A stretch of 64,000 nucleotides of DNA from Octopus vulgaris (GCA_951406725.2 OX597826.1:2790001-2854000); one strand, 5' to 3'; shown: positions 40,425 through 55,223, numbered from the stretch's first letter. The notes: generated from the letters alone by a model not told the origin. Made by a program: numbers and translations.

Positions 40425-41437
40425 TCATGAATATATGTACCCATATATGTTTGTAGACATGTACACATACAGGCGCGCGCGCTCACTCAACATATATACA
40501 AACATACACACGCTGAGAGAAAAAAACACACACGCACACATATATGTATAAATATCCTTTAAATTAGGGCCATAAAATATGCGATATAAACTAGACTAGT
40601 ATGTGAAATGAATAGATAAAAAATGTACATTGTGTTTTCTTCAGACGTAAGCAACTAGAAAAGCGATAAGCGGCGGACCTATGAATATACATAACAAATG
40701 GTATAGTTAATTGTGTGTGTATATAAATGTATGTATATGCATATATATAGGTATATATATATATATATATATATATATTAGTATATGTATGTATGTATAT
40801 TTGTATGTATGTATATATATATGTGTGTATATATATATATATAAACAATACATACACACATGTGAGTGAGTGCATATATGTGCATGCATATATATATAAA
40901 CATGTATATATGTACACATACTAATATACTATCCCTAAATATCTTATATATTAATATGTAATTTCTTATATGAGAATTTTGCGCATTTGTTTATAGACAC
41001 TACACACCCACAAGCTAATGTATATATACATATAAATATATATATATATATATGTGTGTATGTGTATGTGAATATATATACACGTACAAATATTTATATA
41101 TATATATATATATACATACCGTACGTGTGTGTTAGTAACTTGTGAAAGCCAGCAACACAGTTTACTCCATAGATTGAATGTCGCTGGTTCGCTAGTTATA
41201 TGTAAGTTATGCATTTTTGTAAGATCATATTCTTATCAGAATTAACCTGTCGTTATGTGTCTAAATTAAAAATTGTAGACACATCAACAGTACCATTTCG
41301 ATACTCGCCATCAATAACTACCATTAATATTAGAAATAAACTGACTGTATATTCGATTGTCTCTGTATTTTTTTATAGAAATGTATACCCATACGAATGT
41401 TTGTATATATATGTATGCATATCTGTTATATATGTAT

Positions 41438-41487
<50 letters not shown>

Positions 41488-41766
41488 GAAATATGTTACG
41501 AAAAGAAAATATAAAATACACGTGGAAATGTAAGGGTAAAATATGAAAAATCAATGAAAATACATATTGCAAAGAGAAAAGGCTATTTATGACAGGTAAC
41601 GACAAATATATACATTTAGATTGACTGAGGTAGTAATACGAGTCATAAAGGTCATTATTATGAGATGATTATAAGATGATAATAAAGTAAGAGAACAAAA
41701 CAAACCAATGTATTACGCGATCTATTCATCGTTTTGATTGATACATATATTATGTATGTGTGCATG

Positions 41767-41821
<55 letters not shown>

Positions 41822-43832
41822 GCATGCATACATATATTATTTACGCACATACGATATGGACCGTGCAGAAAAAAAAAACAATATAGATTCATACCACACA
41901 CAGCAGTGGAAATATAGTTTTGTAACAAAGTTAACTCAAATACGATTTGTGCATTTCGATACGAAAATATTGTAGCACTACAGAGCTGTTTTGCAACATG
42001 CGTGCTGTGAAGTTCATACGTAGTTTGTATAATGTGAAGAAATTACAACTGGAAATAATAGTTATTTGTATTGCGATATTTGTAAATACTTGATCGCAGT
42101 AGCGTAATTTAACTTCTCTTTATCCGGTGTGTTTAAAATTTTTTTTTTTTATTTCACGTTTTAATGGAATTAGAAGATCCTGAAATTGTCGTGTGATGAA
42201 TGGCGAGTGACGTATAATTTGTGTCACTTTATGATAGCAATAATTGAACAAAATTCCGTGAAAGCATATTTTCTTTTCAATTTTATTTCTTGTGTCTGAG
42301 TGTGACAACTTTGTGAATAGAATTTTTTTTTACCATTAGCAAAAATGTGGACACTTTCGAATGAACATATGTTTTGTTTTTGGCTGAAGAATTTGGGTGT
42401 GAATTAGAAAGCGAAGCAAATGCATATTTGGAATGCAAATATCTGAAACAGACACTTACATAAGCGAAATCTCCGTTTCGTCAAATATCATGAAGAATCT
42501 CTGCATAAGATTATGTTCATTTATTTCTGTTCACTCTTATACTCATCTGGTTTACCTGTTTACCATTGCTTTCTATCAATTACCAATGTCTACACCACTG
42601 TATATTAGCAACAAATGTAACTTGCATTCATGCTTGAATTCCTACAACGAAATCTACTAAAACCACATACAAACATTGCCATAGAAGCAAACACACGTTG
42701 CATAATGTACTAACAACAAAATGTTACGATGATATTGGATATGTGCTGATTAGTGGCTTGCAGAATACCGATTAAATTGTGGTTAAACCGCAAATGATAT
42801 AGTTAATTTTCATTGACTCCTGCATTGTCGAACTGGATTAGAGTTTAAAAATATATTCTATGCAATAATTTCCTTATATAGACCCAACACCTTATATATT
42901 TAGAGGAGAATGTATTTGGTGCGACCCACTCATATAACTGGTTAATAGTTACACATAATATAAAAAAATAGTTTAGAGCGCTAATGTTTAGAAAGATCTT
43001 TAGGTACAGCGTATAAGAGCGGAGAGTACACAGATGCAAAATGTTTAATTTCTCATTATATCAGTTCCGCTGCCAACCCAATAGACACTGGTTCCGCTAT
43101 TAGTATGAATCACAATAATATTGCTCATATTAATGAAGTGTTCATTTACCTAGCACTCCTACTGGTGCTGAAATATGCGCATTCATTCTATTATTAAAGT
43201 TGTGCTCATTGACAATATGGCTTTTAAGAAGAAATTTCGCATCATCTTAGAATCAGGGTTAAATGTAATTCTTCAGCTGCTTTGTCATCAAGTATACTGA
43301 ACTTGATGATCATAAAGACAGCAGTTGCTATCACGAGCAGTCATTGACAATTCTGTTATGGCAATGGCAGTGATGACAAAGAAAACAACGACGATGTCGA
43401 GGATTGGTGATGACAATAAGGATTAGGATAATGATGAGGATAATGATGACGAAGCGTAAATGATTGTGTTGATAATAATGTGATTACTATAAATTCTGGT
43501 GTAATTTTCCCATCCATATTGTTATAAATATCGTATTTCTTTTCAATGAAACTTGATGCTGCTTCAGAAAATGCCTTATAGAACATAGGTACGACACCTC
43601 CATGATCGACCACAGTATTGGCTTCGATTCGCTGTTTTTTGTTTTCTTTTTAAGTAGTGAGACGCTGCATTTACCAAACTGAAAAACAAGGAACAATCTA
43701 GCAAATTGTAGTTAATAGGAAAGCTAGAAATGTATATAAAATCGCTTCTACCTGTTGACCGACAGGTATATTTGTGCCAACTGTAGTTTGTGATTCAACG
43801 CAGTATGTTTCTCTGCTAGAGCTTTGATACTG

Positions 43833-43960
43833 CCTTTAGTCGAGCAAATCGATACCAGGACTTATTCTTTGGAAGCCTAGTACTTATTCTATTGGTCTCT
43901 TTTGCCGAACTGCTAGGTTACGGGGACGTAAACACACCAGCATCGGTTGTCAAGCGATTT
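43833..43960 (-). mobile_element. SINE family B internal fragment
   Basis: CTAGTACTTATTCTATTGGTCTCTTTTGCCGAAC...AAACACACCAGCATCGGTTGTCAAGCG. Confidence 0.85.
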
Positions 43961-44614
43961 TGACCTTTAAATCTTGGGAAAAAATGCGGATTATACACGA
44001 AAATTTACGGTATGTTCTTGCTCTATATCTTCTCACGACGTGCGGTAAAATGTTTCTTGTAACCAAGTATTGACGTTCTTTTTCTCGATTATATCTTCTC
44101 CGATTGATATGAATGTTGTACAGCCATTGTATACAGATGTTAGATCCTTCGCTTTCTCGTGAAACGTTAAGTTTCGTGTGTGATTAATGTCCTCTGTTTT
44201 TACATTATGAAAGTGAGGTTGGCACGTGTAGTGGTTGCTGTATTGTTTTAGCGCCTAATAAGTGAGTGATTGATGGACAATACGAGTGGACATAAAATGT
44301 AAGCGCGATGCTATCTGCTGACGAAGTTGCTTGCGGTGTAATATTTATAATAGACGTCTAGGATGTAATGAACGTTTATGCTATAAAAGAAGAGTTTCTT
44401 GTCGCTCTCGGCTCTAGAAATTCTGTATTCTAGTTGCATTATTTCAATGCAGAATGTCTTGCTGACAGCAAAACGTATTTCTGAATAAGGTTTATGTGAT
44501 ATTTCTTATGTTGTTATTTTATAATTATTTAATAAGCGAGTACTGAGAAGAAACGACAAATTCCTGGCTTACTGGCTTGGATGGTCTACCTTTCTATATT
44601 TGAAAATATCTTTT

Positions 44615-45045
44615 GTTTTTTGTTGTTTCATCTTATAAAGGGCCGCCATGCAGGGGCGGCGTTGCGTTGTATTTTCAGTCAAACAAATCGACTGCAATAG
44701 TTTGTTTTTAAAGAATGGTATATATTCTGTCAGGCTCTTTTGCCGAACTGCTATGTTACAGGGTGTAAAGAAAACAGCACCGTTGTTAGACCGTGGGGAG
44801 AGTCAAATATAGTCACAAATCGCACTCGCACACACAGACACTCACACGCACACATACACACGTACGCGGGCTCACATATTTTTGACCGACATCTTCCAGT
44901 TTCCGTTTACCAAATCAAGCCAAACACTTCAGTCGGCCCGAGGTCATAGTAGAAACACTTGCATATATGCCACGCGATGTGACTATCTCCAGAAGCATGG
45001 CGTTAGGGAACAAACGCCATATAACTCGGCCAGGCTTGCGCCTGG
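44615..45045 (-). mobile_element. SINE family B, old copy
   Basis: TTTTGCCGAACTGCTATGTTAC, CAGTTTCCGTTTACCAAATC and GTCGGCCCGAGG. Confidence 0.75.
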
Positions 45046-45079
45046 TTTCGGACGTTTCCGTAATATTTTTGAGTAGTTA

Positions 45080-45292
45080 AAGGCAGTGCGCTGGCAGAGT
45101 GGTTAGCACGCTGAGTAAAGTGCCATGCGCCATTTTGTCCATCTTTACGTCCTGGGTTCAAATGCCGTCGGGCTTGATTTTATCCTTCATCCTTTCCGGG
45201 TCGATAAAATTAGTACAACTTGAATATTGCAGTCGACGAAATCGACTTGACAACTCTCCCTCGAAATTGCAGGCCTCGTGCCAAAATTTGAG
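45080..45292 (+). mobile_element. SINE family A, old copy
   Basis: AAGGCAGTGCGCTGGCAGAGTGGTTAGCACG...CCTTCATCCTTTCCGGGTCGATAAAATTAGTAC. Confidence 0.8.
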
Positions 45293-45992
45293 ATCAATGT
45301 TTTCGAGGTGTATGGTAGATATGTATAGTAGTGTACTGAATCGATATTCCTAGTTAGAATCAGAAATATCTTGGTTGGTAACAGCAAAGGTGTCAAACGT
45401 AGGATTTGCTTATGGCGGCAAATAAAGAGCCCCTTTTATGTTTGAAGATTTTGGTGATTTGCTTGCGATGGTACAAAGATTTATAGATAGCCCTGACGGC
45501 AATTATGCTGATTTGTGTTGTGCTTTGAGGAAATAATGCTTTCTATTATTGGTCCATGTTGAGTGGAAAGAAAGACACAAGAAGAAATTCTGCTGGAATG
45601 CGGATATTGTGCACGACGTTTTCCTTGTAGTAAGAAGGATAAAGCTGATGAGAGTTGTAACTACTTTGTATTACGTTTTATTGCGTCTCCTCGCTTATTT
45701 TGTGACTTATGTTGATTACAATCTTCAGCCAATTTTCAGCTTCTTCTTTTTTGTTTTTTTGTTCTTCCAGATAATTTCTTTGTTGTTTCCTAGCTTAGTT
45801 GATTCGTTTTGAGATTTATTTATGGTGTGGTGCAATGATGGTGTGCTCGGTTTTAAATTATTCCCAAGCGTTTTCTACGTTGTTTATGCCATTTAATGTC
45901 GCTCATATGATAAGCACACGCACACACATATATGTATACACACACACACACGCATATATATGGGTATGTATATATATATATATATATGTATG

Positions 45993-46037
<45 letters not shown>

Positions 46038-46039
46038 GT

Positions 46040-46102
<63 letters not shown>

Positions 46103-46805
46103 TGTGTGTGTTTCGACTCCACGGACACTTTTAGATATATAACAAACGACGTTTGCTCTTCAGAAAATATATTCCAATATACGTCACAACTTTACAGCTT
46201 TTGCATTACTATGCAGGCATACACGCATCAATGCATACACATATATATGCACGCATACATACAAACACACATACACACACATGCTCACACACACACACAA
46301 ACACACACACATATATATATATGTGTTTGTGTGTATGTATGCATGGGTGCATGCTTCACTTGTGTCTGCCTCTGTGTCTGTGTGTGTGTGTTTATTCTAA
46401 TTCTTTAGTGTGTAAACTTACCTTATTGGCGGCGTTCATATTTGTCAACAGTAATCTGATATTTCATGCCATGTGTTTCTGCTGTCTCAGTGTCATGTTG
46501 ATGTTTGTGGTGATGTTGGCAAGACGTTTTGAGAAATAATCTCCCGTGTATTGCATTAGCGGAATGCACTGAATAGAAAGCGATATTCGCGGAGTCTCTA
46601 GTGAAATTTAAAATTGTTAAATATCGCGGTGTCCATGGTTTTATAATAAAACGAACGTTTATAGATGTTCAGTTGCGAATCTGTGGTTGCAGCTCTCATG
46701 TTATCTGCGTTGGTCATTTACCGTATCGTTTTGAAAGTATTGAACTATCGCCTAATGTTTGTGTTTGCGTATATGTACCAATGTCTCTATGTGCGGGCGC
46801 GTAAC

Positions 46806-47090
46806 TTAGGGCTTGTGGTATTCGGCTCAAAAGCGTAAGGTTGTGTCCTTAAGCAAGGTACTTTTTTTCACGTTTCTCCAGCCTACGCAGTTCGCAAAAT
46901 GTGTGGTACCGTCATTTCAAAAGACTAGCCTAGTGATACCCTGCGTCATGTTGAATCTTTTTGAGAAATACGTTAAGCGTACGCATGTTTACGGAGTCAT
47001 CGGCCAGTTGCGCGTTCATTCCACGACCTACCTGTACCGGTGGACAGATCAACTGTATCCCTCTTCGTCGTAACTGACGGAAAGCCAGTT
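46806..47090 (+). mobile_element. Decayed tRNA-type SINE with CORE/V-like segment
   Basis: TGTGTCCTTAAGCAAGGTACTT...CTCCAG motif and 3' end TCGTCGTAACTGACGGAAAGCCAG. Confidence 0.5.
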
Positions 47091-47473
47091 TTAATGCTTC
47101 GTGTTGTCAGCTTTTTTTATTCACATTTCTCTTATGTTTGCTATTGCTATTACATTTTGCTTGGTATTTGATATATCTGCGTAATGTATCAATATAGTTA
47201 TATGTAACCGAAGTGCGTGTTGGTTGCGAAGCAACACTTCTAGTGTCTGTGGAACTTGAAAATACTGCCAATGATTCCTCAAAATAAATGAGTAATGCGA
47301 TTCACAGTTCTATATTTAAGAGATGAGGAATTATGTACATCATTTACATTATTTACATTCGACGGATATTTGTCCTCATCTTGTTTGTTGTTATACCTTC
47401 CAGCCTTCTTCAGGTGTCTTGGGGAAATTTCGAACCTGGATTCTCATTCCTAAAGTATTTTTCGATTTTATTA

Positions 47474-47555
<82 letters not shown>

Positions 47556-47620
47556 GGTCACTGCCTGGAATCGAACTTGGATCTTGGGGTTATTAGCCCG
47601 AGCTCTTAACCACTACCCCA
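47556..47620 (-). promoter_or_regulatory. tRNA-like internal Pol III promoter (box A and box B)
   Basis: TGGGGTAGTGG-TTAAGAGCTCGGGCTAATAACCCCAAGATCCA-AGTTCGATTCC, with an anticodon-like GGG/CCC stem around CTAATAA. No acceptor stem. Confidence 0.8.
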
Positions 47621-47667
47621 TCGAAAAATACCTTAGGATTGAGAACCCAGGTTCGAAATTTCCCCAA

Positions 47668-47713
47668 GACACCTGAAGAAGGCTGGAGGGTATATCAGCC
47701 GAAACGTTATGTT
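47668..47713 (+). ncRNA. Minimal hammerhead motif with extra A after A9
   Basis: GACAC-CTGAAGA-A-GGCTG gagggtatat CAGCC-GAA-ACGT-T-ATGTT. Confidence 0.7.
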
Positions 47714-49352
47714 AACAACAAACAAGAAGAATGTAAATAATGTAAATAATATAAATAATGTATTGGACCAATTTATTCTTTTGGCAACTGAACTATTTCA
47801 CCTCAGAGTTAGCTTAATTTGAGCGGACATTGATAAAACTTTTTCTAGTTAATAGCACTTCATACTTTATCTTTTTTATATCTTCAAGTCTTTGTCCTAC
47901 GTAAAAATTCCTTTTACTTTAACTTTGAGATAACAGTGTCTGATTTTACCGCTATTACGTGAAGATTCCCTATCGGAGATGTTCATTTGTAGTTTCGTGT
48001 CTGCGTCTTTAGTTTGCAAATTTTCCTGCGAAGCTGCTGTATGCTGTGATTTTATATTTGCTTTGTGAATTTGTATTATTTTGTTTTGTTTATCTTACGT
48101 AGGCAAACAGTTTACAAGTGGGATCTTATATTTAACGCGATTAGCATCCAGTATAATTGTTGTTTAGAATCATTCGGCAACGGATGATCGATGTATTTTC
48201 CTAAATAAATTCGCTCAGAGTTGAGGCTTCGTCGTTTGACCATCATTATTGTTTTCCTTATCTACTTTCCCTCTTTCTCTGTATATTAGAGTATGGTTAG
48301 GTTATCAAGTATATTCATGCATTTTAAGCTGTTACTATGAATGCAGTTTCTATCAGGCAAAGTGAATGCTTACAGCCTCTCGAGTCGGCTTGATTAATGA
48401 GGTTTAATGTAATATGAGATACAGCGACTATTTGCTGTTGCATTTGCATCAATTACGGTTCTTTTTCTTTTCATCGTCGTTGTTACTGACATTGTTATTA
48501 TTATTACTGAGCTCATTTTATTTAATTTCCTTCCAAGCAGCCGTGAGAACCATAAAAACAGCCTTTGTTATTTCTGTATGAACCCTCTTATACAATTCAC
48601 AACAACGTTAATCTGTTTATTTTCTAATACAATATTTCAATATAACTCTGTCATACGATAAAAATTTCGTAAGAAAATTTCCCCATTTTCCCTTTCATAT
48701 GAGGTTATTTCGTGCATAGCAAAGTGAACCCATTGTTGAATTGAATTTACTATAAGCCATTTTCTCAATAACCTCTAATCACGTATCTTACTCTAAATGA
48801 TCTTCGCATGGGTAGTCTGGTCTGAATCTCACAACAAATTCAATATATTGCGTTTCAGTTATAAAAGTTCTTAATGCTTAACGCATTAAAATTCACCTGA
48901 ACAAGGTGGATATTTTATTAAATATAAATCATTATTATTTATATAATTCATTACTTTTCTTACAGCTACTGAAAATATTTTCTTTTTGTGTCATTTACAT
49001 GAGACTACATGGTTACAAGCAGTCAGACAAGATCTCTAGTATGAAGTTCCTTTGTCTTTCCTGCATTATCGAATTCATGTAAAATATAAAGCATCATTGT
49101 GCTTCTGCTTGTAGTTAAGCTATCTAAATTAACGGAGTAGGTGTACAGAAAATATTTGCTACCAGAAAATGATGCACACTATTGACTTGTAAATGTTTGA
49201 TATACTTGGCGGTATATTTGGTTGCAAAACTAAAGACTCTGTCCATGTCAGTAATTGATACGTTGCCAGGAAAATGCTTAATATGTAAATTTGCACCCTA
49301 TTTACACTGATAGTGTGTATTTAAGCAATTAGCGAGTGGATAGTTGATGATT

Positions 49353-49406
49353 TGGGTGTGGTGCTGATGAAAGAGCAATAATGTTTGAAATGTGTATATA
49401 CACCCA
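49353..49406 (+). ncRNA. Hammerhead-like motif in otherwise unannotated DNA
   Basis: TGGGTGTG(GTG)-CTGATGA-AA-GAGCA ataa TGTTT-GAAA-T gtgt A-TA-TACACCCA. Confidence 0.6.
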
Positions 49407-50245
49407 TTAACCATTTTTTTCTATTTCTGATTGCATTGTTTATGTAGAAGTATCCGTATGAGAAGCATCGTAGATTGCACGGCTGGCTATGAGTTCTGTA
49501 GAAAGTCTATAGGGATGAACATAAGTGAGAATATCGCACTGCTAATACAAAATAAGGCACATTATTGATATATAAAACTTTAATCCTTTAATATACTTGG
49601 TAATATATTATGATAAAAAAAAAGTATAAACTGTGTCCTTACAAGCAATTAGTTAGCAAATATTTAGCATATCTAGTTTGAAATCAATCAACTAATTAAT
49701 TAACTACTGCCATATAGGCAATGTTCTGGATAAGAATTACATATTTGCACGAGTAAAAAAATAATTATAACTAATTATATTTATTCCAGTCACATTTTTT
49801 TCTTTCCATGCCGCTTTCGGTTTTACGCTTCTTGTCTATATATCCATTATTCCATCCTTCTCTTTCTCTCCTTCTCTTTCTCTTTCTCTCTCTCTATCTC
49901 TCTATCTATCTATTTTCTATGCACACTCATACGCATATAATAAACATAATCCACAATAATGGCAGGCAAATAATAGTACAAAGTAATTGAAGAATACGTA
50001 ACACGTAAAACGCCCAATGCATTGGAATTATTTATATTCAAGCTGAGAGCATTTTTCTACTACTTATCTTGGTGGTTGAGATTTTTTCAGCTGTTATATA
50101 AACACCGAGGATTGCCTTAGCTATAAATTTTGAGTAATGTAAAAGTAGTTAACTTTAACAATAATGTATACGCATTTACACATCGCCACACGCCGCCAAT
50201 ACATATATACATACATACATACACACATTCATACATACATACATA

Positions 50246-50279
<34 letters not shown>

Positions 50280-50369
50280 GTATACATATAATATGATATA
50301 TGCATATAAGATACATATATATACACATGTATATATATATGCCTATATATACGTATGTAATTTATAAGC

Positions 50370-50425
<56 letters not shown>

Positions 50426-50592
50426 GTACATATATACACATTCATATATATACAATATGACATATGCATATAAGATACATATATATACATATGTATATAT
50501 ATATATGCCTATATATACATATACGTATAGGTATATGTATATGTATATATGTATATATATAATATACATATATACGTATGTAACTTATAAAG

Positions 50593-50640
<48 letters not shown>

Positions 50641-50704
50641 ATTCAGTTAATGTTGCAAAAGTATATTAAAACTGTTAGATATGATATACTTTTATGGTAT
50701 TGTG

Positions 50705-50870
50705 CTAAGTATATTGATTTCGTTTCCACTAAGTACTTGGACACAATTTTGTGCGAACGGTTAGAGAAAAGAAATTGAATCGACTGTAATAAATACGACG
50801 TACTTATTTTATCGACTCTTAAACGTAGTTAGGAAAAATCGACTGCAGCTAGAATTCGAAAGACGTAAAG
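50705..50870 (-). mobile_element. SINE family A, very decayed
   Basis: GTACTTATTTTATCGACTC...GAATTCGAA..ACGTAAAGA. Confidence 0.5.
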
Positions 50871-51872
50871 ATACGAGATAAAGCATGGTATAACGTTGAT
50901 TTATGTATCCAGATTTTCTTGGTTTGAAAAGTGTAGTAATGTCATCATATACATACGCTGCAAAGAATTAGAGTTTAGCAGACTATTCAAATATTGTCAT
51001 ATTTCTTCTATTCGACAAAATAATAGTCTGTTCCGAAAACAGTTTTATTCTTCAGATTTTTATTACCGTTGTCTGTGTGAGACTAATCAGAATCTATATA
51101 TCAGTAAACGGAAATAATTCGTTTTTAGCGTTGTCTTTATTTCAAACAAAATTCTTTACTAATGCCAGAAATATAGTGTGTGTGTTTTTGTTTGTGTGTG
51201 CATATGTGTGTGTGTGTGTGAGTTTGTATGTATGTATATTTTGTTTCAACCAGCATTAACAGGCCAAGTGTCGACGAGGGCAAAGGAAAAGCGGCAGCAG
51301 ATATATCACGTGCACTGACTCGTAATCCCAACATCTGCGGACTGCTTTGAAAATCCTTGGCGGGACTCGAATGTCACATTCAACATAGGCACTACAATTG
51401 ACAAAAAGACAGTAGGTTGTCGGATCCTCATGCGTCAAAACCGACAGAAAAGTCCATTACATCTGATGGTACGATTTCTCTGTTAATTAGCTTTTGAAAC
51501 TGACGTATGTATTTAAGTATAGTAATTTATCGATCACAGTATCTCTGTTAATTCGCGAGACTCTTTTCACTCTCATTCTATAAAGCGACACACTTCGAAC
51601 GTGCTTCTACGTTTAAGCACGTACATACAGCAGATGTTTACATAACTTGATCATGCAGGTTATAATAGATGATAAGTTTTTATTCAAATCTTGGTACAAG
51701 ACGAAGATATTCAAAGAGTAAATGGAATTTCTTTTCTTGCCTTCTATTATACGTGAACATATTTCTCACTTCATTAGTAACTCTTTCTCTCTCTGCGTCT
51801 TTATCTCTCCCTATACATAATTACATATATACATATATATATATATATATATGAATATGTATATGTATATGG

Positions 51873-51904
<32 letters not shown>

Positions 51905-51939
51905 ACATATATATATATGTATATATATGTGTGTGTATG

Positions 51940-51972
<33 letters not shown>

Positions 51973-51986
51973 ATATATATATATGT

Positions 51987-52081
<95 letters not shown>

Positions 52082-52499
52082 AATTACGACCGCTGAAAGG
52101 GCATACCTGCTGTTAAGGTCACCATAAACCAGAAAATTAACCAAAACATAGAATCATCTAAATGCAAGCCCAATTTCAATTCTACATCGATTTAATTTAT
52201 ATACGCAGTTGATGGCCTTGAAATGGAATAGCATTGCATCAATCGATACCTATCAAAAGAAAGCATGTTTGCTTCAAGTGCGCTTGCTTAGACTCAAACA
52301 GAATGACATGCTTACACGTAAACAAAGAAACAGAACATCAAACGCACATACATACACACAATTTAGAGCTATGGTGTTAGCTGGTAAATACAGCGTAAAA
52401 CAATGTAAACACCATAGTTATATGTACATGTGATAAACACTCACCCTGTTTGAACACAAATACTAAAAACATATATGCATTGGTGCATACATACATACA

Positions 52500-52715
52500 T
52501 ACATACATATATGTACGTACCTACATCTACATGTATATATACATGCATATATAAATATATAAACGTGAGTACAGGACACCACAAATAGACGTAGAACTCA
52601 ACGAGAAACAAAAACGGAAAAACAGGCATGGAACAAACCATTTTTTACAACAGAAAAACAGAGTACAAGACAAACTACACAAGGAAAAATCCCCTTCATC
52701 AGCTGTCCCTAGTTC

Positions 52716-52718
<3 letters not shown>
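52500..52718 (-). mobile_element. H1-related fragment (upstream part) next to (TA)n
   Basis: Minus strand GGACAGCTGATGAAGGGG...TGTCCTGTAC aligns to 14262-14410. Confidence 0.65.
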
Positions 52719-52766
<48 letters not shown>

Positions 52767-53535
52767 CGTACATTCATACATGTATAATATTGCAAGAAGT
52801 ATAAATATAGAGTAGTGGTACAACAAGGCAGCAATATTTACTAGAAATAGCAGTCGATACATATACGACGCTATAGTAAAGGTTCACTGCGTATATTCTT
52901 TTATTCTTTTATACTTTTCAGCTCTAAGGTTGTGGACATGCAGGGGCACCGTCAGTTATTCTACTTAGACATACACACATATATACACAATTATTTACTG
53001 AGGCATATGAATATAGGCTTATGTGAATATGGAAATGTAGATACATGTATATGTGTGCGTGTGTAGGTGATGGACGTTGGTGTACTTTATGCCACTTTTC
53101 CTTTCCCATTCGTTATTATTACAATTTAGATCGGAGTTTTCTTTCATTTCATTGTCAGGGGAACACTTTCAAAGAATTCCTTTAATATTCGTGCCAAAGA
53201 GTTTTGTAAGAATATCCAGAATTTCTTTGATCATCTCGCCTTATTAAATACATCACTGGTGTTAAATTGTATCCACCAATTTTTGTGTGATGATTTTTAA
53301 CAACCAAGCGAATGGACACTAAAGTCCCACTTTTAATCCCAAAATTTCCTCAGATTGATATAAATGCATATCATTTGAATAACCCTTACTTTTATTTCAA
53401 TCTATTTTTCTTTTTCTTTTTTTCCTTTTTGCATATTTTTAATGTAGCTCTTTCATGTTTGCGATTTTCTCGCTATTATGATGTATTTGAAAGTTACGAC
53501 AACAGAAGTGGAAGGAAATCGGAGAATATACTTAC

Positions 53536-53716
53536 GTAGGCGAAAACCTGTTTGTGCGGTTAGAAGTTTGCTTCTCGACCGCAGTGGTGCAGGTTCGAGG
53601 TTCAACGTGGAATTCGTTGGCGGAAACTGAGAGAAGCCCTTCGGGTGTATGTGTACCCACACACGCAAACATACATGCATATATACATATATAAGTATGT
53701 ATGTATGCATATATAC

Positions 53717-53778
<62 letters not shown>

Positions 53779-54002
53779 ATGTATGCTTGTATGCATTGTG
53801 CATGTTTTGTGTTCTGTTTGTGTCTCTCCCCAATAATCGCTTGACAAGAGGTGCTGCTTTATTTAGCTCACGTGAACGATAGGATGATAAAAAGGCTTAA
53901 AAAATAAGTCCTGGAGTCGATTTGTTTGACCAAACTCTTCAAGACAATGCTCCAGTGTGGCTGCATTTTAATGACAGAGACTTGTAAAAAAGATAAAAGA
54001 TA
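53536..54002 (+). mobile_element. SINE family B, decayed
   Basis: GGAAACTGAGAGAAGCCC, an internal microsatellite, AATAAGTCCTGGAGTCGATTTG and a TAAAAGA tail. Confidence 0.75.
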
Positions 54003-55006
54003 TTAGGAACAGAAGCATATATCTCAACGTGAAATTCTATAAGTAGTTCAGTGGAAGTTTATACCTTGAATGATGGCAGCATCTCTCTCTTCGTTTTCCA
54101 GTATACCTACATCCTACACTAGATATACTCCTTCTCTGTATTTTGCAAAAGCATTTGTTCAAATGTTTTGTACACTTCGTCATTATTTTCCTATACACTT
54201 TAAAGCAGCGGAAGGGAAATCAAAGTATATGAGGCCAATTTTTGTGTTTATACATCGTTGAATACCCGTGCATCTTACTCTTTGTCTGTATGGCATCCTG
54301 CTGCGAATGATACAAAATAGACTCCTTCCTTTCACTTTTTACCAAAGTATTAACATATATTCTCTATGAATATAAGGCGGGTTGCAGTAAGCATTATAAC
54401 CGCTGTAAGGTATTCGACAGTTGCTTCGAGTCCATTTGATTCTATTAACAAGTGAAGTTCATTAGATGTGATGTAGTTGTGTCTACTAGCTATGGTATAA
54501 CAAAAAATCTTGATAAAACGTTCGGACAGAACTTCGTGTTGTGTACAAGAACAAGAAACATCGTCTCTTAGTATCCCAGTAAAAGATAAATACCAGCAGT
54601 CAGCCTAAGAGTGGAAAGAAACTTGAGGCTGGATTGCGTCCCGTTTATATGCATGATGTGTATTCTTGGTCACGTAATAATAAACACTACGTTTTTCCTG
54701 CGGTATCCAAAATAGTCTACCACAGGGCACCGCGGCGGCACTCTTTCACTCTACATCATATAGTTTCACACGTGCGCAGTCCCTGCGGTTTTTCTGTCAC
54801 GCTAAACCAAAGCCGAGTCTAAGGTTCACACGCGGTGACTGGGTGGGCAGAATTCAAAGTGCAACGATGTCTTGCCGTTGTGTAAAACCTTCAACGATAT
54901 ACATGTATAAGAAAAATAGATAAACAGAAAAATAGATAGGTACATAAAAAAATAGATAAATATATAGATAGACAAATATATATGTATATATATATATATA
55001 TATAGA

Positions 55007-55173
55007 TAGGCGTAGGAGCGGCTGTGTGGTAAGTAGCTTGTTTACCAACCACATGGTTCCGGGTTCAGTCCCACTGCGTGGCACCTTGGGCAAGTGTCTT
55101 CTACTATAGCCTCGGGCCGAGCAAGGCCTTGTGAGTGGATTTGGTAGACGGAAACTGAAAGAAGCCCGTCGTA

Positions 55174-55223
<50 letters not shown>

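Larger units (their letters stand above)
47305..47762 (-). mobile_element. Composite element (family H5): tRNA-like head, (AAT)n and HHR-bearing 3' module, with an inverted copy of the 3' module upstream
   Basis: Minus strand: box A/B head 47620-47556, (AAT)n 47553-47467, 3' module 47466-47305. Inverted duplicate on the plus strand at 47620-47762. Confidence 0.85.

Noticed and set aside
47556-47620. Functional tRNA-Ile(AAT) gene
   Set aside because: It has no acceptor stem, is truncated at box A and runs into (AAT)n. It is a SINE head of uncertain isotype.
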